Shown in pieces: positions 18,301 through 25,256 of a stretch of DNA of 27,486 bases. The stretch lies in assembly GCA_022599995.1 (NCBI GenBank), contig JAHZLG010000181.1:1-27486 (forward strand). Reading direction: 5' to 3'. A program made the translations under genes and the position numbers. How positions within the stretch are numbered: position 1 is the stretch's first letter; each line of letters begins with the position of its first letter. Below the pieces are notes generated by a model, which was given only the letters and a program-made list of their open reading frames with translations, made no database searches and was not told the DNA's origin. The stretch is from Alphaproteobacteria bacterium. Lineage in GTDB: Bacteria; Pseudomonadota; Alphaproteobacteria; CBDBCS01; JAHZLG01.

Positions 18301-18370
18301 CGAGGAATCGATGTGCGGTAGGTGCGAAACCGTTACCCGCGAAACCGTTGTCCGTGATAGCGGTGCCTAA
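15314..18370 (+). CDS. ileS: Isoleucine--tRNA ligase (type 1), about 1018 aa
   Basis: [12 protein letters not shown] (HIGH), [37 protein letters not shown], KMSKS and a C-terminal CDRCW...CGRC zinc finger. ATG 15314 preferred. Confidence 0.98.
   Translation: [1018 protein letters not shown]
16015..16138. repeat. In-frame 9-bp-unit repeat (gcgaccggg, with a 27-bp higher-order unit) in the IleRS editing domain
   Basis: Encodes [41 protein letters not shown]. Confidence 0.97.
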
Positions 18371-18427
18371 TTAGCCGTGCCCCAATAGCGGTGCCTAAGT
18401 AGCCGTGCCTCAATAGCGGTGCCCAAG
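18358..18427. repeat. 14-bp tandem repeat x5 (tagcSgtgccYYaa-like, alternating) overlapping the ileS stop
   Basis: Units at 18358, 18372, 18386, 18400 and 18414. Confidence 0.92.
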
Positions 18428-18536
18428 ACGCATCGCACGCCCTTTATGCGCGGCAGTCGCCCTCGTCCGAGCCCCATCACGGCGTGGGGGGGCAGGTGAT
18501 TTCGTCCCATCGCACGCCCCTCGCCATTCAAGCACC

Positions 18537-19046
18537 ATGTCTATCAAGTACAAATATGCCGTTGCCATTATGATGGCAGTTCTGGTCACCGATCAGCTCA
18601 CCAAGCTTGGCATCTACAGCATCCGCGCCTCGCAGGGGTTCATCACCGAGGTCTTGCCGATCTTCAACATCGTGATGGTGTACAATTTCGGCATTAGTTT
18701 TGGTCTTTTCCAAGCCGATTCTGCGCTGAGTCGCTGGGGGCTGGTCGTGGTGACCTCGGTGGTCGTGTTGGTGCTGGTGGTGATGCTCACCCGGGCGCAG
18801 AGCTGGTATCGTGTCGTCTTCCTTTCCATGATCATTGGCGGGGCAACCGGCAATATCATCGACCGTATCTGGTTCGGAAAGGTCATCGACTTCCTTGATT
18901 TTCATCTGGGGGCGTGGCACTGGCCGTCGTTCAATATCGGCGATATCGGTATTGTGCTAGGGGCGTTTATGTATATCTTGGAAAGTCGCCTCGCCCCCCA
19001 CCCCACGCGCGATGACGATAACGACCACGAGGAAGAAGAGTGGTAA
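18537..19046 (+). CDS. lspA: Lipoprotein signal peptidase II
   Basis: DQLTK, NFGISFG, GGATGNIIDR, VIDFLD, WPSFNIGD, hydrophobic segments, and the classic position after ileS. Confidence 0.96.
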   Translation: MSIKYKYAVAIMMAVLVTDQLTKLGIYSIRASQGFITEVLPIFNIVMVYNFGISFGLFQADSALSRWGLVVVTSVVVLVLVVMLTRAQSWYRVVFLSMIIGGATGNIIDRIWFGKVIDFLDFHLGAWHWPSFNIGDIGIVLGAFMYILESRLAPHPTRDDDNDHEEEEW

Positions 19047-19142
19047 TTCCTTGCTGCCCTTGCCCTGCCCCGTGCTCCTCTTTTCGCTTCATTTCGCTTC
19101 ATTTCTCCCGCAATTCCTCCTTACCCCATAGAAACACCTTCG

Positions 19143-20435
19143 ATGACTGACTCGGTTGCTCCTTCTTTCAAAGTTCACGATCTTGCCCTTGCCGACTGGG
19201 GGCGTCTCGAGATCACCCTGGCAGAAAACGAAATGCCCGGGTTGATGATGCTTCGTACCCTGTACGCTGCCGACAAACCCCTCGCTGGGGCACGGATAGC
19301 CGGGTGCATTCATATGACCATTCAAACGGCGGTGCTGATCGAAACATTGATTGCCCTCGGGGCCGAGGTGAAATGGTCATCGTGCAACCTGTTCTCGACC
19401 CAAGACCACGCGGCGGCTGCCCTTGCGCGCGATGGCATCCCCGTCTTTGCGTGGAAGGGGGAGACCGAAGAAGAGTATTGGTGGTGCATCCGCCAGACCC
19501 TCGATGGATGGACGCCCAATTTGTTACTCGACGATGGGGGCGATCTGACGGGGCTCGTCCATAGTGATTATGCCTCCTTGATCGACGGCATCCGTGGCGT
19601 GTCCGAAGAGACCACCACCGGGGTGATGATACTCAATCGCCTGCACCAGGAGGGGGCATTGAAAATGCCGGCTATCAGTGTGAATGATTCCGTAACCAAG
19701 TCCAAATTCGACAACGTCTATGGGTGTCGGGAGAGCCTTGTCGATGCCATCCGACGCGCCACCGATCTGATGATGGCGGGCAAGACTGCTGTCGTGTGTG
19801 GTTATGGCGACGTTGGCAAGGGCTCGGCGGCATCGTTGCGCAATGCTGGGTGCCGGGTGCAGGTTACCGAAATCGACCCTATTTGCGCCTTACAGGCCTC
19901 GATGGACGGGTATGCGGTGGTGTCGCTCACTGACGTGGCGGCAGATGCCGACATCGTGGTCACTGCGACGGGGAATGCTGGGATCGTCACCCTCGAGCAC
20001 ATGCGTGCCATGAAGGACCTTGCGGTTGTCTGCAACATTGGGCATTTCGACAATGAGATCGAGGTCGAGGCACTCCGTAACCTCCAGTGGACGTCGATCA
20101 AGCCTCAGGTTGACCAGATCACCTTCCCCGACGGCAAGCGGCTGGTGTTGCTGGCAGAGGGCAGACTTGTGAATTTGGGCTGTGCGACCGGGCATCCGAG
20201 CTTTGTCATGTCGACCTCGTTCACCAATCAGGTGCTGGCACAGATCGAATTATGGCAACGCGGCACCGACTACGCGGTCGGCGTGCACCGCCTGCCCCGC
20301 CACCTTGATGAGACGGTCGCACGATACCATCTGCCGAAGCTGGGGGCGAAGCTCACCACCCTTACCGAGGCACAGGCCGACTATATTGGCGTGTCGGTGG
20401 ATGGCCCCTATAAGGACGCCACCTATCGTTATTGA
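19143..20435 (+). CDS. ahcY: Adenosylhomocysteinase (SAH hydrolase), short 430-aa form
   Basis: [80 protein letters not shown]. Confidence 0.98.
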   Translation: MTDSVAPSFKVHDLALADWGRLEITLAENEMPGLMMLRTLYAADKPLAGARIAGCIHMTIQTAVLIETLIALGAEVKWSSCNLFSTQDHAAAALARDGIPVFAWKGETEEEYWWCIRQTLDGWTPNLLLDDGGDLTGLVHSDYASLIDGIRGVSEETTTGVMILNRLHQEGALKMPAISVNDSVTKSKFDNVYGCRESLVDAIRRATDLMMAGKTAVVCGYGDVGKGSAASLRNAGCRVQVTEIDPICALQASMDGYAVVSLTDVAADADIVVTATGNAGIVTLEHMRAMKDLAVVCNIGHFDNEIEVEALRNLQWTSIKPQVDQITFPDGKRLVLLAEGRLVNLGCATGHPSFVMSTSFTNQVLAQIELWQRGTDYAVGVHRLPRHLDETVARYHLPKLGAKLTTLTEAQADYIGVSVDGPYKDATYRY

Positions 20436-20500
20436 TCAGCATTGATCGTCGATACTGATGCTCGGTATTGCTTGGTGTTGCGCCGTGGCATCGAGCGCGA

Positions 20501-20674
20501 GGCGGCTAGTCGTCTTGGCGGTTAGCCGCCTTGGTGGCTAGTCGTCTTGGTGGTTGGCCGTCTTGGCGGCTAGCCGTCTTGGTGGTTAGTCGTCTTGGCG
20601 GTTAGCCGTCTTGGTGGTTGGCCGTCTTGGCGGTTAGCCGCCTTGGTGGCTAGTCGCCTTGGTGGCTAGTCGCC
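20501..20674 (+). repeat. 11 x 16-bp tandem array of a 14-bp palindrome plus TT (GGYGGYTRGYCGYCTT)
   Basis: Units every 16 bp from 20501. The reference palindrome is GGCGGCTAGCCGCC. Confidence 0.97.
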
Positions 20675-20676
20675 GC

Positions 20677-20716
20677 AAAAAAGAAGCCGCCGACCTCAAG
20701 CGAGGATCGACGGCTT
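20677..20716 (-). terminator. Rho-independent terminator
   Basis: Minus strand: aagccg-tcga-t-cctc [gctt] gagg-tcgg-cggctt followed by cttttttg (14-bp stem, one bulge). Confidence 0.85.
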
Positions 20717-20885
20717 ATCAAGGAGGAAACGCCAAGTGCAATAAAGCACTCCAAGCCCAAAGGCTTGACCCTTTCTACATAGGTGCTGCTTGGATGCGTT
20801 GCAACATGATTGGCGGAATTTATTTTGCAGTGCGAAGTGACCCCGACACGACAATCCCGCATCCACTTGGCAGTTTCCTCCATAG
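20677..20885 (-). ncRNA. Candidate structured small RNA with an anti-Shine-Dalgarno seed (suhB/alpha-r8/MmgR-like 3' module)
   Basis: UUUCCUCCUU lies directly before the terminator. A 17-bp long-range inverted repeat joins 20722-20738 and 20864-20881, with internal hairpins. A GATAAT -10-like element lies just upstream and no convincing protein is encoded. Confidence 0.55.
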
Positions 20886-20954
20886 TCGCCGAATTATCAC
20901 GTTATTTTGAATGTGATGTGACTCCCTTTTCGCATCGTGATGTGCCGAATATTC

Positions 20955-20969
20955 TGTTGCAATGCAACA
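20955..20969. promoter_or_regulatory. Perfect palindrome TGTTGCA-A-TGCAACA containing a PhaR-like TGC-N3-GCA core
   Basis: Read directly. It lies about 70-85 bp upstream of the putative sRNA 5' end. Confidence 0.5.
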
Positions 20970-21115
20970 ATAACGCCGCCGCATCGAATCAAGGGCAAGC
21001 CATGCGACGGTCTGCTGTGCCTGTCTTTTGTTTTGGCGTCGTTCTTCTGCATCGGGGCAGGGCACAGTCATGGTGCAGGAAGCGACTTCCTTATCGGTGC
21101 TCTCGCGTTGTCCGC

Positions 21116-21182
21116 TCACTAGTGATCCACACTAGTGTGGCACGCTAGCTAGCTAGCTAGTGAGCTTGCACACTAGTGTGCA
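21116..21182. repeat. Cluster of CTAG-centred perfect palindromes and (CTAG)4
   Basis: tcactagtga 21116-21125, ccacactagtgtgg 21127-21140, (ctag)4 21145-21160, tgcacactagtgtgca 21167-21182. Confidence 0.92.
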
Positions 21183-21206
21183 CGGTGACTTATTGATCTT
21201 TGGAAT

Positions 21207-21914
21207 TTGTCCTTGTCCCTTTTGCCACTCCACTATGACTGCGACCGATCAGCCGAGCGGTTTGCGGTAACCGATGCCCACGCATCGCTGTTGGCGGCAA
21301 TCCAGCAGGCTCGATCGACCCCGAGCACCCAAGACTTGCCTGTGCTGGTCTGCGGCCCCCCACGCAGCGGCAAAACGCATTTTGGCAACTGGTGGCAGCA
21401 TCATGATGCGTTACGTGGTCAGCCAGCGCGCGTCTGGGACATCACCCCGCAGCAGTGGGAAACCGCCCTTACCGATGACGGTGCCGCCAAGACACTGATC
21501 GCCACCCTCGATCAGTGGAAGACGCCCGCACGGCATCAACGCTTGATTCTCGCCCCGATCAGCCTTGCGCACCTCGTCGGAGGCGCAGACATTGCTCCTT
21601 CGCCTCTGCCCCGGTGGCCGGAGTTGCGATCACGCCTGCTCACCTTGCCCCACGGCAGCATGCCCGCCGCCGATGACGCCCTTTGCATGGCGGTGGCGCG
21701 CAAGGTCGCCCGCGATCGCGGACTAGACGTTGAGGCACAGCCCTTTCAAGGGTTTGTCGAGGTGCTTGTCCGCAACACCCGGCGCCGGATCGATGCCATC
21801 GAAGACCGGGTGATTGCCTTTCATGCCTTCGCCCAAGAGCGGTCGCTTTCTCCTTCGACGCACAGCTTTGCGGCCTATGCCCGTGCAACGGCAGTCGCTA
21901 GCGACTGCCGCTAG
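21207..21914 (+). CDS. hdaA: DnaA regulatory inactivator HdaA/DnaA-like AAA+ protein (divergent)
   Basis: N-terminal LSLLPL (clamp-motif-like), Walker A GPPRSGKTH, ELRSRL arginine-finger box, and ADDAL...KVARDRGL. TTG start is the first possible after an in-frame TGA at 21186. Confidence 0.72.
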   Translation: MSLSLLPLHYDCDRSAERFAVTDAHASLLAAIQQARSTPSTQDLPVLVCGPPRSGKTHFGNWWQHHDALRGQPARVWDITPQQWETALTDDGAAKTLIATLDQWKTPARHQRLILAPISLAHLVGGADIAPSPLPRWPELRSRLLTLPHGSMPAADDALCMAVARKVARDRGLDVEAQPFQGFVEVLVRNTRRRIDAIEDRVIAFHAFAQERSLSPSTHSFAAYARATAVASDCR

Positions 21915-21939
21915 GGTAATGCCCACGATCAAGCCCTGC

Positions 21940-22959
21940 TCATCGTGGAGCGGGGCATTCTGGGGAGATAACACTGTAAAACGTCCGCCACAGCCCACCT
22001 GCGTGGGGATGGTGCCTCCGTCGCGCATCCGTCATCCCCTGATGGGCTGAGGTCGCATAGAGCCGCCCAGCACTGTCAAAGGCGGGACAGGTCACCTGCG
22101 GGGTCGGAACCGGGAAAAGAGCCACCAAATCACCCTGGTTGTTGAATTTCGCAACATAGGAGGCATCGGCGCGCTTGGAATCGATATACATGGCGATGTA
22201 CAGATTGCCATCTCTGTCGGTGATCGCCCCGTCCGGTTCGGCATGCGGTGAGATGGCGGGGTAGTGGTCGAGATCAATAAATACCATCGACAAGCGCCCG
22301 GGGCTATGCGGGCCATCATGTAGTTTTTGATCAATCGGACCGAGGGGAATGCCGGTTTTAGGATTGAGCAGGCAACGATAAATCTTTCGCGTGGGGGAAT
22401 CGGTGAAATACAGGGTGTCACCGTGCCGCGAGAAACAGATCGCATTCGGAATCCGAATATTGGAAAATTGTTTTTTTATGTTTTGCCAACCAGTTTTTCC
22501 CTGTATTTTAGATCTGCTAATCGAATAAATGTCGCCAACGCCTTGGTCAGGTTCGCGATACATGGTGCCAATCCAAAACGTTTTGCCGTTCGGGTGCAGG
22601 CGACCATCATTTGTCCGGACAAGTGTCGTATCCGAAACAAAATCTCCGAGAACCTCCGTCGAGATAAAATCCTCTCCTCGGGAGTTTCCTTGTTTAGAAA
22701 TTCCCCCCGCAGTGCCTTTTTCTTCAGATTTGATTTCGTGTTGCAGAATCACACCTTCTTGCCCTAGCGTGATCGTGTGTTTTTCCTCGGCGTTGATGTC
22801 GACCCAGTGCATGCGCTCTTTTTGAGCACCACCCCCAGGTTGCCAGAGCACGCCCTCCCCGAGCGAATTGCGCGCATCAACCAGCAAGTGCAACGGCCGA
22901 TGAACAGTCACCGGTGGCGCAGAGCTAACGGTCGAATCTTGGGGTGGCAGGACAGTCAT
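21940..22959 (-). CDS. SMP-30/gluconolactonase/LRE family beta-propeller (sugar lactonase-like)
   Basis: LGEGVLW, HWVDI, RTNDG, FWIGTM, PNAICFS, LYFTDS, PDGAITDRDGNLYIA, VTCPAF, LYATSA. Confidence 0.92.
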   Translation of the reverse strand: MTVLPPQDSTVSSAPPVTVHRPLHLLVDARNSLGEGVLWQPGGGAQKERMHWVDINAEEKHTITLGQEGVILQHEIKSEEKGTAGGISKQGNSRGEDFISTEVLGDFVSDTTLVRTNDGRLHPNGKTFWIGTMYREPDQGVGDIYSISRSKIQGKTGWQNIKKQFSNIRIPNAICFSRHGDTLYFTDSPTRKIYRCLLNPKTGIPLGPIDQKLHDGPHSPGRLSMVFIDLDHYPAISPHAEPDGAITDRDGNLYIAMYIDSKRADASYVAKFNNQGDLVALFPVPTPQVTCPAFDSAGRLYATSAHQGMTDARRRHHPHAGGLWRTFYSVISPECPAPR

Positions 22960-23160
22960 AACAAACTCACAGAGGGCAGAGGGGATTTTGCCAATACGCG
23001 ACGGGGCACACTGGCAAGCGGTTGCACTTAGTCATCAGCCTCCACTATACACGTTTTTGCCGAGCGCATCAGGTCAGTGCCCTTATGCTCGTGCTGTTGA
23101 ATTGGGCGCAGCACGATGTACTCTCTGATCATCCCCTCTCCTCATTCATCGGTACACCCC

Positions 23161-24222
23161 ATGCCCCCCTCCCCCCCCTCCCCCCCCTCCCCTGCCCCCT
23201 CCTTGCCGCCGATTCACCCGTCGGTGCTGGACTCCATCGGCAACACCCCCCTTCTGTACTTGCGCGAGGCATCGGAAGCCACCGGGTGCACCATCTTGGG
23301 CAAAGCCGAGTGGATGAACCCGGGCGGCTCGATCAAGGACCGTCCTGCCAAAGCCATGATCGAGGACGCCATCGCCCAAGGCACGTTGAAGCCGGGCGGG
23401 CGAGTCATCGAAGGCACTGCAGGCAACACCGGCATCGGCTTGGCCTTGGTCGCCAATTGTTACGGGATGCAGTGCGAGATCGTCATGCCCGATAACCAAT
23501 CCGAGGCAAAGAAAACCGCAATTCGGGGGCTCGGGGCGACGCTGATCGAGGTGCCACCAAAGCCCTACAAAGACCCGGGCAATTTTGTGCGGTACTCAGG
23601 GCGGCTTGCCGAGCAACGGCGCGCCGAGGATGCCGCATCCGCTGATCCGCGCGGTGTCCTGTGGGCAAACCAAATGGACAACCCCATCAATCGGCGTGCC
23701 CATCAACAAACGACGGCTGCCGAGATATGGCAACAAACCGAGGGCAAGCTCGATGGCTTCATCTGCGCGGTCGGCAGTGGCGGCACGTTGAGCGGCATCG
23801 CGGCGGGGTTGCGCAGTTTCAACCCATCGATTGCGATCGGACTCGCCGATCCCATGGGGGCTGCCATGTATGCCTACTACACGCGCGGGGTGCTGGAATC
23901 CGAGGGCTCGTCGATCACCGAGGGCATCGGCCAAGGACGCATCACTGCCAACCTTACCGATTTGACCGTCGACCACGCCTATCAGATCGATGATGCCACC
24001 GCCCTGCAGTGGCTCTATCGGATGATCGCGCAGGAGGGGCTCAGCCTCGGCACCTCGTCGGGGATCAACGTCGCCGGGGCGGTTGCCATGGCGAAAACGC
24101 TCGGCAAGGGGCACACCATCGTGACAGTGCTTTGTGACGCCTCGCATTACTATGCGGCGAAGATTTTCTCGCCCGCCTTTTTGCGCGAGCGGGGACTGCC
24201 GGTTGCGCCGTGGATGGCTTAA
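23161..24222 (+). CDS. cysK: Cysteine synthase A family (PLP-dependent), about 353 aa
   Basis: IGNTPL, KAEWMNPGGSIKDR, EGTAGNTGIGL, ANQMDN, AVGSGGT, SITEGIGQGR, EGLSLGTSSGIN, IVTVLCD. The start (23161 or 23116) is uncertain. Confidence 0.93.
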   Translation: MPPSPPSPPSPAPSLPPIHPSVLDSIGNTPLLYLREASEATGCTILGKAEWMNPGGSIKDRPAKAMIEDAIAQGTLKPGGRVIEGTAGNTGIGLALVANCYGMQCEIVMPDNQSEAKKTAIRGLGATLIEVPPKPYKDPGNFVRYSGRLAEQRRAEDAASADPRGVLWANQMDNPINRRAHQQTTAAEIWQQTEGKLDGFICAVGSGGTLSGIAAGLRSFNPSIAIGLADPMGAAMYAYYTRGVLESEGSSITEGIGQGRITANLTDLTVDHAYQIDDATALQWLYRMIAQEGLSLGTSSGINVAGAVAMAKTLGKGHTIVTVLCDASHYYAAKIFSPAFLRERGLPVAPWMA

Positions 24223-24224
24223 CT

Positions 24225-24242
24225 CCCCGGCGGGGGCACGCA
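24225..24242. repeat. Dispersed 18-mer ccccggcgggggcacgca (copy 1)
   Basis: Identical copies at 24329-24346 and within the array at 27399-27486. Confidence 0.9.
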
Positions 24243-24311
24243 GCCCCTCCACTCCACGACCACAATGCCCCCTCGATAGCAAAGCACGCCAACACCTGCC
24301 ATGGCATCATG

Positions 24312-24346
24312 CCAGCGGGGGCACACAGCCCCGGCGGGGGCACGCA
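24312..24346. repeat. Dispersed 18-mer (copy 2, 24329-24346) preceded by a variant ccagcgggggcacaca
   Basis: Read directly. The same variant-then-canonical arrangement occurs at 27381. Confidence 0.88.
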
Positions 24347-24388
24347 GTCCCTCCACCCCACACCCCTTGTCCCCCCAGTAATTGCGCC

Positions 24389-25111
24389 ATGACCACTAAG
24401 CTGTTCGAAACCGATGCCTATCGCCAATCGTGCCCCGCCATCATCGAAGCGGTCTTCTCCTTGGATGCCGACCCTGATAAGGCGGGGGTCGTGCTCGATC
24501 AGAGCGTGTTCTATCCGACAGGTGGCGGGCAACCCGGCGATAGTGGCACGCTTGCCCTCGATGATGGCACTGAGGTCGCGATTCAGACCACCGAAAAACA
24601 CGCCGAATTCGGCATCGTCCACGTGGTCGACTCTGCCGCCTTAGGCCAGCTGGCTGTCAGCACCCCGGTCACGGTCACCATCGACTGGGAAAAAAGACAC
24701 CGCCATATGCGGTTTCACTCAGCCCTGCATCTTCTGTGCGGTATTTTGCCCTTTTCGGTAACAGGGGGGCAGATAGCAACCGATAAGGCACGGCTCGACT
24801 TTGATGCCTCGGCGGCGAATACCCCCGACAAGCAATCCCTGACCGAGCAACTGCAAACCTTGGTGGCGGCATCGATCCCGTCGCAGGTCGAATGGACGTC
24901 GGAGGACGTGACCTCATTGGTACGCACCTCTGGCGTTGCCCCGCCAAGCCAAACCGGGAGCACGCGCATCCTGTCATTCGGCACAGTAGACAAACAACCC
25001 TGCGGAGGCACCCACGTGGCCAACACCGCCGAGATCGGCAAGGTCTTTGTGCGGAAGATCGAGAACAAGGGCAAGCACTATCGGCGCATCATATTGGCCA
25101 TCGAAGAATAA
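24389..25111 (+). CDS. alaX: Alanyl-tRNA editing protein (AlaX-M type), about 240 aa
   Basis: MTTKLFETDAY start, FYPTGGGQPGDSG, and the zinc motifs HSALH and PCGGTH. Confidence 0.92.
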   Translation: MTTKLFETDAYRQSCPAIIEAVFSLDADPDKAGVVLDQSVFYPTGGGQPGDSGTLALDDGTEVAIQTTEKHAEFGIVHVVDSAALGQLAVSTPVTVTIDWEKRHRHMRFHSALHLLCGILPFSVTGGQIATDKARLDFDASAANTPDKQSLTEQLQTLVAASIPSQVEWTSEDVTSLVRTSGVAPPSQTGSTRILSFGTVDKQPCGGTHVANTAEIGKVFVRKIENKGKHYRRIILAIEE

Positions 25112-25256
25112 TACCTCCTTGGCGACGGCAGTCTCATCACGGCTTTCTGCGCGTGAACCCTCTCCCCCCCACTGCTAGCACACCGACACTATCCCCTCTG
25201 CTTACGGGAGCAGGGTGCGCAACCGCGCCTGCGTCGCGTGGTGGTGTTCCCGTTGC

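Noticed and set aside
19047-19142. SAH or SAM-SAH riboswitch before ahcY
   Set aside because: The leader is an unstructured polypyrimidine tract with no riboswitch motifs.
19143-20435. Eukaryote-like short AhcY as horizontal transfer
   Set aside because: The insert-less 430-aa form is also normal in several alphaproteobacterial lineages, and composition matches the neighbouring genes.
20501-20674. CRISPR array
   Set aside because: Units are contiguous 16-mers with no unique spacers, and no cas genes are present. The same applies to 8057, 11758, 18358 and 27399.
20722-20881. tmRNA, RNase P RNA or SRP RNA identity for the structured region
   Set aside because: No tRNA-like ends or tag reading frame, no GAGGAAAGUCC and no SRP GGAA/AGCAG loop in context. 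6S RNA is not excluded, but I could not build a convincing central bubble and apical stem by hand.
20650-20883. 77-aa minus-strand ORF
   Set aside because: Runs through the terminator into the repeat array, has no SD and no motifs. An RNA interpretation fits better.
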